NCBI GenBank assembly: GCA_040437565.1
Contig: JBDOQK010000020.1
Coordinates: 248,001-312,000, forward strand
Source of the DNA: Albugo candida
Lineage: Eukaryota
Reading direction: 5' to 3'
DNA length: 64,000 nt
A program made the position numbers and the translations under genes. This document shows positions 1-17,455 of the stretch, in pieces; position 1 is the first letter of the stretch, and each line of letters opens with the position of its first letter. Below the pieces are notes generated by a model, which did not search any database, had not been told where the DNA came from, and was given only the letters and a program-made list of their open reading frames with translations.

Positions 1-2
1 GT

Positions 3-518
3 GCTGAACCAAAAGAAGCACGTTCTGGAGGAGGTCACGCAGGCGGCTATGGAGGTCGTGGGGGAGGTTATGGTGGGCGTGGCTTTGGTGGAGGCTATGG
101 TGGCTGGCGAGGAGGGTACGGGGGCTATGGTGGATATGCACCCTATGCTGGAAGAGGGGGAGGAGGAGGAGGAGGTTATGGTAATTATGGTGGAGGATAT
201 GGATACAGCGGATACCCACCAGGGTACGGCGGTTACGCAGGATATGCAGGGTACGGAGGCGGTCGTGGAGGCTATGGAGGAGCGTATGGCAATTACATGG
301 GCGCCTATAGTGGTGGGTACGGAAATGCCGCGCAAGGCGAAGCTCAAATGCCAGGAAACGAGGGTGGTGAGGATGGATATAATGAGGATAACAGCGGCTA
401 TGGAGGAGGTGGTGGAGGAGGTAGTGGAGGAAGCGGTGGGGGATATGGTGGAGGATATCGTCAGGGAGGCGGTGGTCAAATGCCCGTCTCGCGTTCAGAG
501 CGTTACCGTCCATATTGA
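3..518 (+). CDS. 3' part of an hnRNP A/B/D- or Musashi-type RNA-binding protein (Gly/Tyr-rich RGG tail); 5' end outside window
   Basis: Frame +3 is open from the window edge: AEPKEARSGGGHAGGYGGRGGGYGGRG... ending RSERYRPY*. AEPKE typically follows RRM2 in this family, and the C-terminal R-x-PY resembles a PY-NLS. Confidence 0.75.
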   Translation, partial: AEPKEARSGGGHAGGYGGRGGGYGGRGFGGGYGGWRGGYGGYGGYAPYAGRGGGGGGGYGNYGGGYGYSGYPPGYGGYAGYAGYGGGRGGYGGAYGNYMGAYSGGYGNAAQGEAQMPGNEGGEDGYNEDNSGYGGGGGGGSGGSGGGYGGGYRQGGGGQMPVSRSERYRPY

Positions 519-2448
519 TTCTTCCAGAGTAAAGAATGAATAAAACAACTATTTTCCTTTGACAAATAGTGTTATCCAAGCATTTCAGTTTCTTAATCTG
601 CTGCAATCTGTATCAGAGGGTGTTACTGAACTGATCTTTGGTGTGTATGGGCTTCATACGGAAAGTGTTATCAATTCTGTCAAATATTCAGCATAGCTTG
701 TGAGCGTTACAGTAGTCTTGATACATTCGGACGCACTGAAGTACATGCACTATATCATGGAAACGTTTAACGAAATATCAAATTAGTCGAGTATCAATTT
801 TACATTTTTCGTGTCGCGTGTAAATGTGAATTAAATAGTACTAGGNNNNNNNNNNNNNNNNNNNNNNNNNNNNNNNNNNNNNNNNNNNNNNNNNNNNNNN
901 NNNNNNNNNNNNNNNNNNNNNNNNNNNNNNNNNNNNNNNNNNNNNTTTCACTGTAATGATTACAATGTGCACTATGTTCTTTTATTGTGAATTGATGAAA
1001 TTCCATGAAGTAGAGGCCGTCATGTCTTCTTCCCTACTTGTGAGGGATGGCGGGTATGCGCAAAACGCACCGTATCACACACATATCTTCCGGTTACGCT
1101 CTTCTAGATGTTAAAAGATTCTGCATACCGCTGATTCTCTCTACTCATGTATATAAGTACGCTTAAATAGCTCGCAGAAGCTTGTTTGCTGCTGCGTCTC
1201 CTGTAGAAATGTTTGATTACTATTCGCAGATGATTTTTCTTGATGACCTCGTGTATTTAGTTGATCCCAGATCTTACACGGGAACTTTCCATAAGTAAAG
1301 CTTGCGTGATATTCTCTCGTCCATGTCTAGTCTCACTCATTTGCTCACCTAATTGCCTTCATGTATTCTTTTATTCAGTGATGCTCGCTGACGATGAGCG
1401 GCAGTGGGTAATGGTTTTGGTCCAAAAGGATAGACCCTGAGATCTAGGCATATGTCCCTTTATATTGGTGGGCTCTTAATTTTCTAGCTGCTATGAAATT
1501 GCGTTAAGTAGAATGAAAGCTTCCACTTGTGCATTGAACGAACAATATATTCTGGAATTCGCAACGCAATCGCCAAGCCATTAATGAGAGTCCTATAATA
1601 CTTCATCTACGAAGTAGTACCGAAGCACCAACATTATGCTTGATGTGATTGCAATGGATCGAAACAAATAATTTTCTGCCTCGGAAGGAGACGTCCAAGA
1701 AAAACCGTTTTCATCACATGGTCTCTATCAGTGTCTTTTCCAATGTTTGATATCGGTTGGAGTGTAGCTGTACGTTGGCAATGAGATTCCAAGATGTCCT
1801 TGGGCGATTAATTGACTCGAAACCCAATTACCCGGTCCAATATGTCAACACAATATCGAAATAGCGATTTCCGTATTGACTTTGTGTCGCCTTTTAGATT
1901 CCACGCAGCATTTCACCAGCTTCATTGGGTACGTTGCATCATACGGATGCTTAAAAAAAGAAGGCAACATACATCGGAAGTTAAAAGTTAGACTAATGAT
2001 GTACTCGCTTCTGTGATGATGGACACAGCAATTTGCTCCTCATTTCCCTCGATTGCAGCCCTGTATAAAAAATTGTTTGTGTTTATGAATTTCGGACATT
2101 TCAGCAAACTATAGGCGAAACAAACCCAACGTAGGATGGGTGTATCGCATTGCCTTACAGCATTCCGATAATAGATAAGAAACTCGGGAAGTAATTCATG
2201 ATGATTTATCATGGAAAAAGGATTGTTTTACACTGCGTCATTGCGATCTACCTTCCTTTAGCGGAGCTGATATCCTTAACCGTGAATATCGATCGGATAT
2301 GTATCTGTATCAAAAGTCCTTTGCACTTGAAATCTTCAAATCTGTGCAAACGTCTCGCCAATCTTGAGTCAGATAATAAACACTGCTAATAACTGTCCAT
2401 AACGGCGCCAGTGTTACCAACACACAAAAGGTTTGATTGGTCTTCAGA

Positions 2449-5236
2449 ATGCACCGATGCTCCCGTATGCGTCGGCAACCGCTAATTGCTTTACAACGCA
2501 ATACAGTCGCCGTGGTCAAATTGCTTCCAGAGGATTCTACACCAGTCAAACAATTCAGACAACCACGCAATTTCATGAATCGAGTGCCACAACATCTAAC
2601 AAATAATCGCTTTATATATTTTTCTACAGTACGCCAATCAAGTAACTTAGCGACTCAGCAAACAAAGGATGAAGAGAGTGAAATCCAACCAAAAAATGAT
2701 TACATAGATAGCAAGAATGCTGCAGTTTATTGGCCGAGCGGTGTGGCAAAAAATATGCATCGAATTCTCAAAGCTTTTCCACGTGATTTGGATGTAAAAA
2801 AGCTTGCAGTTGGCTCAGGGATGAATGCAAATGAGTGGCCACTCATTTCATCAGCTTTTCAGAAACAGTTTTTGAAAAATCCGTCGAAATTCTTCAGAAC
2901 TCAGGATGATTTACTGGAATTTGTTGATGCATTCCGGCAAAAACTTGACACAGATCGATCCATCGATGTCTCTGTTTCTGGTTCTTCGACAATGTTCTTA
3001 CTCTATCCGATGTTTCTCTCATTTGCAACGAAATCGTACTACTTCCATCGTGAGCAATCAGACATTTCGGACGAATCAACGCAAATGACGAGAGAGGGAA
3101 CTTCATCCATTAACGATAATGTGGAATTCAATGCTCTAAGACTAAGAGAACTGACCGATCTGAGATTACCTCACGAATTATATCCTCGTTCCAATGGCCT
3201 TAAAAGGAAGATTATTTACCATGAAGGCCCGACAAATTCTGGTAAAACGTACAACGCGTTAGAACGACTCAAAAAAGCTTGTACTGGTGGCGAGTATTCT
3301 GGAGGTCTTTATTGTGGGCCTCTACGGCTTTTGGCTCTTGAGATTTATGAGCGATTGAACTTGGAAGGCTTTTATACTTCACTTGTCACCGGTCAAGAGA
3401 AAAAGATCATGCCTCATGCAACCCATGTCGCATCTACAGTCGAAATGGCCAACATTAATGTCAAATGGGACGTAGCTGTCATTGACGAGGTGCAGCTGAT
3501 TGGTGACCTTCAACGAGGATGGGCTTGGACGCGTGCTCTTTTTGGTCTTCAGGCACGAGAGATCCACGTTTGTGGCTCAGGAGACGCTGTCAATTTGATA
3601 CGAAAATTCGCAGAAACAACAGGCGATGAATTCGAACTCAAATCTTACAAGCGTCGCTCTTCTTTGGAAATTGAGAAATCACACGTCAGCTCTCTCAATC
3701 AAATACAAGCTGGGGATTGCGTTGTGGCTTTTTCTAGACGGGAGATCTATCAAATTAAGCGTGATATTGAGCGGACTACCGGTATGAAGTGCTGCATTGT
3801 TTACGGCCTCCTACCTCCACAAACTCGTTCTCAGCAAGCACGATTATTTAATGATCCGAACAGCGGGTATTCTGTTCTTGTTGCCTCAGATGCCATTGGG
3901 ATGGGGCTCAATCTCAATATTCGCCGGATTATCTTCTCTAATGTGAAGAAATACAGCGGAGCAAGCGGTGGAATGGCAGATATATCACCCTCACTTGTCA
4001 AGCAAATAGCCGGTCGAGCAGGTCGCTATGGAACACAATTTGCGGACGTTGGAAAAGTTTCAAGCTTCCGTAAAGAGGATCTTGACTACATTCGCACTTC
4101 TTTTCACGAGCCATTGACACCCTTGAGATCGGCGGGATTGTTTCCAAACTCGGAGCAAATGGAACAATTTGCAGCTCATCTACCTGGAGTCACCGACCTG
4201 GCCGAGTTGGTAGATAAGTACGTCATGCTAGCGAGACTGGATGGAGAGTATTTTATGTGCAATCACGCAGATCTGAAAGAAAGCGCTGATTTATTGAAAG
4301 ACATTCCTTTGGTGCTATCCGATCGATTCACATTTTGTATGGCTCCTCTCAACACTAGAAATATGTTGGCCCGAAGAATCTTCCAGGATTATGCAAGCGC
4401 CCATGCCAAGCTTGATCGAGTCAAGCTTGATATTTATTTGCCGAGATATGCACCTCGTACATCAGAGGCACTTCGTGATGTAGAAATCAAAGCACAAATC
4501 ATCGATTTGTACCTGTGGCTTTCGCAGCGGTTCCCGGACACGTTTGTGGAGCAAGAGCTCGCGATCACGTTGAAAACACAAGTGCTAGTACTCGTCGAGC
4601 AAGGACTTCACAACACAACTTATAATGTGAAAAAAGAGCAAATTGCGAGTCAGAGATCAACAAAATATATCAAAAAAGGTTCATTCGAACAAGCGTATGC
4701 ACAAANNNNNNNNNNNNNNNNNNNNNNNNNNNNNNNNNNNNNNNNNNNNNNNNNNNNNNNNNNNNNNNNNNNNNNNNNNNNNNNNNNNNNNNNNNNNNNN
4801 NNNNNTCAAGCTTGATATTTATTTGCCGAGATATGCACCTCGTACATCAGAGGCACTTCGTGATGTAGAAATCAAAGCACAAATCATCGATTTGTACCTG
4901 TGGCTTTCGCAGCGGTTCCCGGACACGTTTGTGGAGCAAGAGCTCGCGATCACGTTGAAAACACAAGTGCTAGTACTCGTCGAGCAAGGACTTCACAACA
5001 CAACTTATAATGTGAAAAAAGAGCAAATTGCGAGTCAGAGATCAACAAAATATATCAAAAAAGGTTCATTCGAACAAGCGTATGCACAAAGAAAAACATA
5101 CAATCGACAAACGCAACGTCCACACCAAATCAAGAAAGAAGAGCCTGAATCGCCGAGCGATGAGCTTGATGGGCTGTCGCGAGCCACGAGATGGTTCAAT
5201 TCCCTGAGTGAGTCTTTTTTCCAGAAGAAATTGTAA
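2449..5236 (+). CDS. SUV3: Mitochondrial ATP-dependent RNA helicase SUV3
   Basis: HEGPTNSGKT, YCGPLRLLA, IDEVQLI..RGWAWTRA, GDCVVAFSR, VASDAIGMGLNLNIRRIIF, QIAGRAGR; basic N-terminal presequence. The CDS is interrupted by a gap with duplicated flanks; the true C-terminus appears to be ...FFQKKL*. Confidence 0.95.
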
Positions 5237-6541
5237 GTTGTGAGAGTAGAGGTGGATCCGAGCGGAGGTCTTGATGATGTATCCAAAGTATTTTGCCGCC
5301 CAAGCCCAAATGTATTCATGCAGGAAACCTGTTTCAGTAGGTTCAACGCAAAGTTTACAAGCAAGATGCCACGGGATTTACTTGTTTATAAGGTGCCCCA
5401 TATTCGCCAGTGAAAATTGTCGAAATGAAGGCCTGAATGGTCTGAAGCATGGACAGAAATCTAGTTTGTTGGTTCCCACACCATTAATGATTGCCACTCA
5501 CGGTCACCATAATAGTCACGAGAGAATAGAGAACGTAATTCATCCATAAGAATTTTCCATAGTACTTCAAGTATTTCATCGGGCAATACCGGAACACAAC
5601 AAGGCTGAGTGAGGTCGTGATGACCAAAAACAGCAGAGAAATGCGTGCCTGAATATCCAGAGAGAAATTGAAAAGCACGCTATTCCCGGAAGTGAATTGG
5701 AGTGCGAGCGGAAGTCCAATGCCGACGAGAATGTTGAATACGGGGCCACCGAAACATCCTGCCAAANNNNNNNNNNNNNNNNNNNNNNNNNNNNNNNNNN
5801 NNNNNNNNNNNNNNNNNNNNNNNNNNNNNNNNNNNNNNNNNNNNNNNNNNNNNNNNNNNNNNNNNNAAAAACATACAATCGACAAACGCAACGTCCACAC
5901 CAAATCAAGAAAGAAGAGCCTGAATCGCCGAGCGATGAGCTTGATGGGCTGTCGCGAGCCACGAGATGGTTCAATTCCCTGAGTGAGTCTTTTTTCCAGA
6001 AGAAATTGTAAGTTGTGAGAGTAGAGGTGGATCCGAGCGGAGGTCTTGATGATGTATCCAAAGTATTTTGCCGCCCAAGCCCAAATGTATTCATGCAGGA
6101 AACCTGTTTCAGTAGGTTCAACGCAAAGTTTACAAGCAAGATGCCACGGGATTTACTTGTTTATAAGGTGCCCCATATTCGCCAGTGAAAATTGTCGAAA
6201 TGAAGGCCTGAATGGTCTGAAGCATGGACAGAAATCTAGTTTGTTGGTTCCCACACCATTAATGATTGCCACTCACGGTCACCATAATAGTCACGAGAGA
6301 ATAGAGAACGTAATTCATCCATAAGAATTTTCCATAGTACTTCAAGTATTTCATCGGGCAATACCGGAACACAACAAGGCTGAGTGAGGTCGTGATGACC
6401 AAAAACAGCAGAGAAATGCGTGCCTGAATATCCAGAGAGAAATTGAAAAGCACGCTATTCCCGGAAGTGAATTGGAGTGCGAGCGGAAGTCCAATGCCGA
6501 CGAGAATGTTGAATACGGGGCCACCGAAACATCCTGCCAAA
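4421..6541. repeat. Near-identical duplications flanking 100-N gaps (unmerged contig overlaps)
   Basis: ~4421-4705 is repeated at ~4806-5090 and ~5093-5766 at ~5867-6541, each pair directly across a gap. The same pattern occurs at 8137-8173/8274-8310 and 10751-11035/11136-11420. Confidence 0.9.
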
Positions 6542-8123
6542 GCCATATTTGGGAAACCGGAGCGGGCAACTGAGATATTGGTGATGAGATCCCCGATGGA
6601 ATTACCCCAAGACAACACGGTCAAACCCAGCAGACTATTGCTGATCCCTGTGACCTTACCGAAAGCTGTTAATAATGCCATGATCTCTGCTGCAACGGTG
6701 AATATCCAACATACGCACGAGACAAAAGAAAGTGTCAGCAGAAACCCGCAAATGATCGGTGAGGTAGGCGGATGACTTCGATGAGTGCAGAAAGACATTA
6801 TGACAGCGCAAACAATACCAAAGCAAACAGCTAATTGCCAGCCATAAAGATACATTTGCTGGCTCCATAATCCGCATGTATACGCTATAAATACAGGTGA
6901 TCCAACAACCTGTACGATAGCTAAGGAGCGTGACCAATTCTCATCATCGATCGTCGGGATGGTGAGGTCTCGAATCAGTACAAGAAACACATGCGGAAGT
7001 GACCAGCATTTTTTCCAGATCGATCTCGTACTGGTAAACTCACTCAGAGCGCGGTGTCTAATACGCCTCCTCCACCTCAAATGGTTCCAGTACGCACCCT
7101 CGAGTATCCTGGCACCTCTAGAGAAATCAACGTTCTTCTCAGTCGGAGACACATCATCACATTCTTGGCCGTGTAGTATCAGTGGCGCGGACAATGACTC
7201 ACAGTCATCGAAATGTTGATCATAAATAACAGCTCCAAATTCTTGCGTTTTTGTGTGATTGTGTAATCCTCCGCCATGAAATTTCCCTGTCATCTCTGTA
7301 CTTGACAATGTCAAAAAGGTGTATTTCTGATCTGACAGAGTCATAGAAATTGGACCGTTTTTATGCCAAAACGCTGCAAGATCACTAGATACCAGCGCAT
7401 CTCTCGTGTCCAACGACATATTCTTCAATCCCAGCCAACGAGATCGACACTCAGGCACAACGGCCGCGCTCACGTACACAAAGTACATAAGTAGAAAGGC
7501 AAGTGCACACATTTGACCATCCTGTTGTACGTCTGTGAAAGCCAATAGTCCCATTAGAGCCAATGTGAGTAGTAAGGCTGAGAAGTCACGTGTGAAAGAA
7601 GGCACATGCTTTGTATCTTTGGAGCTTGCAATCAACACGCATCCGGCAACGACGTTGCTCACAAACATGGAGCCACCGAGGAGAGAGTTGATTCCCGTAT
7701 CGGGTAGCCCGGAAGAGTAAGCTGCGATCGATGAGAAAATGTCTGGAGCTCCATTCCCAAACGCTAAAAAGGTGACACCGGCAACTTGACACGGAATCTG
7801 AAGCTACGCGTCGTAGAGTTTGTATTCATTTTAGAAGACGTACGTCATTTATGCGTACCTTTTCACTGATATTTGCAAGCGTTGACGAAAGATACGCGTC
7901 CGCTGTGGTCGCAACTATAGAGATGAAGAAGGAGTGTAAGCTTTTGAACGCTATCTCATCGACACGTACTGAAGTAAAATAGCAATCCAGCCCATAAAAT
8001 AAACATTAGACTTGGTAGGAATGGTGCTTGTTCGAATGTGTCGCAATAAAGTGACAGATAATCGATGCCGAATGGTCCAAGGTCCGAAGAAATCGACGAG
8101 GAATTGGTGCACTCCATTATCAT
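6259..8123 (-). CDS. Cation/Ca2+ exchanger of the CCX/NCLX (SLC8B1-like) type; spliced, start approximate
   Basis: Alpha-1 repeat VAGVTFLAFGNGAPDIFSSI (~7730-7790) and alpha-2 repeat LLGLTVLSWGNSIGDLITN...AGCFGGPVFNILVGIG; many TM segments; upstream exons encode IDYLSLYC and ATTADAYLSSTL. Confidence 0.9.
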
Positions 8124-8545
8124 TACTACTTATCGTACCGGTTTTCGTTGCGATTTTGTACTTTACCGTGAATNNNNNNNNNNNNNNNNNNNNNNNNNNN
8201 NNNNNNNNNNNNNNNNNNNNNNNNNNNNNNNNNNNNNNNNNNNNNNNNNNNNNNNNNNNNNNNNNNNNNNNNNACCGGTTTTCGTTGCGATTTTGTACTT
8301 TACCGTGAATCCTTTGCTCGGCAGATGTTTGGTAAGATAGACTTTGCGTTTGAGAGTTTCTACGTCACGCTAAATGCCGAAAAGGAGGAAAAAATGAATG
8401 TATCGATAGGGAACGAGTCAAAGGAAGCAGCAAAAGCGTACATTCTCGAGCAAATAGCAGCTCAAGTCGACACGCGAGTGTGTCGAATCGCACGTTAGGC
8501 GCTGCTTCTTTCTCTGACAGCAAAGATTCTCCAAGAATCAAACAC

Positions 8546-11500
8546 ATGATCGCTGATCCATGGCGAACCACACCCTCCCAGCGCTATAATAAGCGCAATG
8601 AAGTCTTACAAATGCATCATGCTCGAACTAAAGAAACGTCAAAGAGCTGTATAGCACAACGCGGAATTGGTGTGGATATGTCGTACTACAATGTACGTGC
8701 TGTGTTGTCTTTCAATAATAATTGCTGTCTATGAATCCGATAAGCTCTTTAGGCGGTGGAAGCAACAGAATTGGTCAAAATGAAAGGGTACCCGGGAGTT
8801 TTCGAGACGGATGCCAGCTTTCAGGAAGAAAAATTTCGTTTTCATGCTTTACGAAACAGTACATATGTGGCTCCTCTTCCCATTGGATTTCAGGTAAATT
8901 GGCATTCGCAGTATTCAATGTTTACAGCGACGGATATATACTCAAAACGGCTAGCATCCGTGGTTGTACGGTCAATCGAGTCTATCAAGAAGCGTGCAAG
9001 TCAGGCTGAGAATAGCGTCCATGAAGATAGTGTTGTCGATTTATCGACTTTTCTATTGCAAAACGTCAAGCGATTTGATAATTCTACAGCTGGTAAATGG
9101 ATGAGCGACTTGACCTCCGGGACAAAAAACTTACAAGAACTTATCCAATCGCTTGGCGTCCCCTTCAAACAGTGGAAATCAACATCGGATATTCCACAGT
9201 GTCCTCTGCTCGAATTTATTCTCGAATTTCGCCCAGGATACCTTGAAGCCTCCTGGTATGCACAGGTAAATGTTTTCTACACTGAAGTTAATGAGACAAA
9301 GCGCGTCTCTATGAAACGGATTGGAGATAATTTATTTCATCCCAAACTATTGGATGAACGAAGTACTGCGTGGACAAAGCAACTCATTGCCTACATGCAC
9401 GGGCTAGAAGCGAAAGACCAGATAGCAGTTTCAGTGGAAAACAAACGGCAAAAAACTTGGACTAAAGCCGATACTCGAATGAGCACAAACTATTCAGCGT
9501 TATGCTCTATCAGAAACCACAGAAATGGAAGCAGTGGATTCGACTCCAGAAGTTCCGACGACTCAAATTGCGCACCAAACGTATCCATTCAGGAGAAATG
9601 GTCGTACCTGCTCAAACTATCCAACTATCAATACAGATTGGGACTGTTGAATACAAACGAGTACTTAAATGGTCTGTTATCGTTACTCCAGAAAAGCTTA
9701 AGCTCGCCATCAAAGAGTCACACACCACTGAGCACGAAGATCTCTATTGCTCATAATCAAGTGATGGAACTTGTTGCAATGATACATCGTCTTGTGCCGG
9801 ATATCATGCGATTATTGGATACCACCATCAGCTTGGTGAAAATACTTGTCCATCACATTCGCTGTCTCATTCTTTCTGTCGATGCATCCTGCCACAACCA
9901 AGCGTGCACGCGGGAACTTGCGTGTGCATTATGTCAACTGTTACGGGACATTCTCATCGAACGTGAAAATATTCTTGTCTGCGTCGATGAATCAGGTATG
10001 AAGCTCACAAGTGTGAAAGCAGGCTCATTATATTTACGTCACTAGCGCTGGCAGGAATTCTGGAAATCATCCTTGATCAGCGATTCTTTAACTCGGAAAC
10101 GTACACTCTAGTCGATATCCGTCAATCTATCGCATCGTGCCGTCCTAAGCTGGAGGACGCGATCTCAAGAAATGTACGGATGGATCAGGTAAGAAGTTCG
10201 AGTCGTTAGTGACTGTACAAGCTGTACTTTCTCTTCATTCAGGCGAATTTGAATCTGTCAAGCCCCTCCTTTGCTCGAAATGAAGCTGAAATGATTCAAT
10301 GTTTAGATTCTTTCCATCGCGTCGATACAAGCATTGACATCCACAAAGTTTATCATCAGATCTTTACTACACCTTTGGATATTGATGCGAAGTCGTTGTC
10401 GGCCGACATGCACGCAATCTTCGTTGTATGTGAGTGGGCTATCACCAGTCAACGTCCTGCTGAATATCGATATCTGTCCGCGGTCTCTCTGCTGAAGATC
10501 CATAATCGAGCAGTTTTGCGTCATGGACGACGGTATGGGCTATTTATCACGATTTCCAGATTTGCTGAGTCAACTATTTGTAGGCACAAATTACTCAAGC
10601 ATGTCAAAGGAACGAGTCGAGCGATGCTGCAAGGACCACTACAGGATTTCTTGGCGTATTACGAGCCCAAGCTTATCACAGAACTGAATCATATCGTGGA
10701 GTTGTTTTGCCTTCTTGTACGGCGACAATTGTTCTGTGTTGAAACTTTTGTCGAATTTGTCAACTGCTACCAGGAGCGTGATCAGCATCAATGTTCGTCA
10801 GCATCAATGTCAAGTGCGTACAATATCGAATGCGGACCCGGTCGTGGTTTCAAATCGAACGAGCTCGGCTCCATTGATGCAACGACTCGACTTCAATTAT
10901 ACGTCTGGCAATTTCCTCGTGAAGTACACCCATCACCTTTGACTACGCCCGGGAACGCCAGCGATGAGCTCCGTGCCGAACGGTATCTATCACGCTGGCT
11001 CGATGTCCTACAGTTGAGCAAACAATCATTACAAANNNNNNNNNNNNNNNNNNNNNNNNNNNNNNNNNNNNNNNNNNNNNNNNNNNNNNNNNNNNNNNNN
11101 NNNNNNNNNNNNNNNNNNNNNNNNNNNNNNNNNNNTCGAATTTGTCAACTGCTACCAGGAGCGTGATCAGCATCAATGTTCGTCAGCATCAATGTCAAGT
11201 GCGTACAATATCGAATGCGGACCCGGTCGTGGTTTCAAATCGAACGAGCTCGGCTCCATTGATGCAACGACTCGACTTCAATTATACGTCTGGCAATTTC
11301 CTCGTGAAGTACACCCATCACCTTTGACTACGCCCGGGAACGCCAGCGATGAGCTCCGTGCCGAACGGTATCTATCACGCTGGCTCGATGTCCTACAGTT
11401 GAGCAAACAATCATTACAAAATAGCAAGACTTTGGAACGAGCTCAAATGTTTTGTGTGCATGTGTTCCAATCGCACGCTACATCTGAGCTGGAAGATATA

Positions 11501-12855
11501 AGTAGCAATGCTCAGCTTGCGGTGAAAGAAGTAGAGTATCAAGGCAAGCTAGGCGATCTCATTGCCGCAGTCAAAATTCTCTGTGGTCATGACAAAGGCC
11601 GCTTCACTTTATGGTTTCTGAAGAAAATCTACACTGAGTCAGAATTCTTTCGTTTTTCATTTCACGCAAGCGTCGAACATATCGTCCGTCTGATACTCCT
11701 TGTGCTTGAAATCGTCGATGCCTCAGCTCTATTGGAGGTTCTTGTCTTCTTCCTTGAGCGAACTCCGGTCTATTTGGTACGAAGTATCGTGTTACTGTAC
11801 CTGGAACGCCATGAGGTCGCATTCTCTGCGTCAGGTCAGATCCCGTTATTGTTGCAAGCGTTCGTTAATCGCTTCAATCGGATACCCAAAGCGGCAGATG
11901 ACACCGCTGGGACTGTTGCCAAGTTCTTCTGTCGGATGTATTACGCTCACGCCAAGAAGAAAGAAACAGGCAAGTTGGACCTTCCGTTTGCTCTCTTACG
12001 TCCGATAGCAGAAACTGCGAGAAAGAATCAAGATGCAACTGGTCAGAAGTCTAAAGAGATATCGTTAGAGATTGCCAATCCGATTGTTCGAATACCACCA
12101 GCACGAGAAGCAATGCCTCCAGAGCTCAAGAGTGCTTTTCTGAAATCCTTCAAAGTCTTACAATCAAAATGGTCTTTGAGTGATGCTGAGAACAATGCAG
12201 CCGACGGGAATGTTTCGACTCCATCGAATGTCGATGGAGGTCAATCAGTATCGGAGAAAACATTACCATTCAGTCCACCGCCCTATGGAAGTCTCTGCTG
12301 GGATAAAGTTGTCTTGGATGCAAGAGGAGATTCATTATGTCGCGACCATGCGATCGAGTATGCAGCAAACACTATCAATTCGTGCATGATGTCTTCCTCA
12401 GGTCCCAATATTAATGCTAATCGTGAACGGCGAGCTCCAAATTATGTATTCCTTTTACGTGCAATCATGAGCGAAGCTATGGACAAATGGATGGCGAATA
12501 TCTCACTACGCAGTAAAAGTAACCACAAGAGACCGATCATGACACCTCAATACATCCATCGATGCGTTCGTTTGATTCGAGAGATACTTCATCAGCATTC
12601 GGATGACGACGACTTTCAAGAAAAGTTTTCCAACATTCTTCTGATTTGGTTGCAGAAAGAAGTTTTGCCTGGTTTCAGCGGTAGTGATTCCACGAAACGA
12701 ATTCGAAATCCATTCATAAACGTGGAAAATAGCAAAGAAGCTTTTGCATTGAATCAAAAGGGCAAACTCGATAAAGTTCAGTACGGTTTGAAGGCATTTC
12801 TGATTTCATTGGTAATACACAAAGTCGTGGAGCTGGCTCAGATTCTTCGATTAGT
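8546..12855 (+). CDS. MED12: Mediator kinase-module subunit MED12; multi-exon, 3' end lost in gap
   Basis: Several blocks resemble MED12 in the expected order: GYPGVFETDASFQEEKF, WMSDLTSGTKNLQEL, ASWY, WTKQLIAYM, WSYLLKLSNYQYRLGLLNTNEYL, VCEWAITSQRPAEYR. Predicted first intron ~8693-8752. Confidence 0.8.
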
Positions 12856-13115
12856 NNNNNNNNNNNNNNNNNNNNNNNNNNNNNNNNNNNNNNNNNNNNN
12901 NNNNNNNNNNNNNNNNNNNNNNNNNNNNNNNNNNNNNNNNNNNNNNNNNNNNNNNACACCATTGATTGTACACGAGCATCGAGTTGATCCATGGGGCTGT
13001 ATCCCGCACATACCACATCAATCGTGTGACACTTCGATCCTGGCTTCTTTGAGTGCCATAAAGCCAAAAGTTCGACGCACTTACAAGTGTATCTAAACAA
13101 GCGTTCGATGCGTAA

Positions 13116-13511
13116 ATGGCTTCCATTGATATCGCCGCTTTGATCGATGATGCCGTTGACGCGAATGTTAACGAGCCTAATTGGGATCTTAATACACTTT
13201 TGTCTGATTGTGTGAATGAGAATGATGATTTGTGCGTTCTGCTTCTCAAGAAGCTGCATCTGACGTAACGTTTGTGATAGATGCGATCAAGCTTTTAGGA
13301 AAATTGAAATGACGCTGCAGGGAGCGGTTGCCAAGAGCGTACTACATGCATTAAGACTTTTGGGATTCTTTGTGGAAAAAGGGTCCAATCGTGTACTTTC
13401 TCTTGCTGGAAGACGACCATTTCTTGGATCAATTGTGGCGTTAACTGATGGGACAAAAGGTGTTGAGGTTCAAAGCAAGTCGCTGCTTTTGATCCGACAA
13501 TGGGGAGAACA
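13116..13511 (+). CDS. VHS-domain protein (TOM1/Hrs/STAM/GGA-type), N-terminal part; truncated by gap
   Basis: ATG at 13116 gives MASIDIAALIDDAVDANVNEPNWDLNTLLSDCVNENDD. A GT-AG intron ending at 13280 joins in frame to CDQAFRKIEMTLQGAVAKSVLHALRLLGFFVEKG...PFLGSIVAL...VQSKSLLLIRQWGE, a VHS-like pattern. Confidence 0.75.
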
Positions 13512-13732
13512 NNNNNNNNNNNNNNNNNNNNNNNNNNNNNNNNNNNNNNNNNNNNNNNNNNNNNNNNNNNNNNNNNNNNNNNNNNNNNNNNNNNNNNNNN
13601 NNNNNNNNNNNATGGCGTCATGGTCTTTCACTGCATTGATTGATCAATCGGTCAATACTCGACATTTGCTCGAGGTTATTTCATTAGAAAGGAAGCATTA
13701 TCGCTTGCATTCTGACACGATACCGGTTTTAG

Positions 13733-16849
<3,117 letters not shown>

Positions 16850-17455
16850 TCACTCGATATCGTTCGCCTAGAATTTCAATTTTACAATAAAGGTGTATGT
16901 ACTCATTCTTCACAGTTGAAAACTGATGGGCATTTAAATCGCTATGTATCTAGTCGATGAAAGATCGGATGATCTTACCTCGGGTGATGCAAACTATAAC
17001 CAAGCCGCTCAGCTTCTATTTTCAAAAGTCAAATCATCTCGTACTATTATATGCTTCATTGCCGGCCCGTATAACCATGAATCATACAGCTTCGGTTTTA
17101 TCGCAGGATGAGTTGCCAGATTAGCTTTTTCTGGGTGCATGGATTCGATTCGCCCCTTGAATGCAATTAAATCAAAATGCTTTGTACAAACCACACGATC
17201 ATGAAAGGAAGTGTCCAGCTACTAGAATCTAGCTTCTGAAGCTACAAACAAGTGCTGCATGCCGCCTTACGGTGGTTGCAAAAGGAGAGAGCCTTTATTT
17301 CTCCAGCATTCGGGATACCAATACGAGTGAAGTATTCATCTCTAACATGAAAAAGGGCTAAGTTCTAGATATGGTTTCATTTTTTATAGAACTTGTCATT
17401 AGGGTCAATACCATAGGTGGGGCGTCATTGAACTAGTAGACTTCTTCTTCGGGAG

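Noticed and set aside
1-543. 180-aa Glu/Val/Met-rich ORF in frame +1
   Set aside because: Shadow frame of the Gly/Tyr-rich coding sequence in frame +3.
1000-2400. Possible transposase remnants in the intergenic DNA (also 17000-17450 and 20230-20760)
   Set aside because: Only vague motif hints with no TIR, TSD or recognisable catalytic motif; cannot be supported without a search.
4421-6541. Apparent tandem duplication of the SUV3 and exchanger 3' ends
   Set aside because: Copies look identical and sit directly across 100-N gaps, so they are best explained as unmerged contig overlaps.
10751-11420. Apparent internal repeat in MED12
   Set aside because: Same gap-flank overlap artefact.
12714-13511. 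Minus-strand ORFs suggesting an inverted MED12 piece
   Set aside because: The plus strand gives a coherent spliced VHS domain, so the minus ORFs are antisense shadows.
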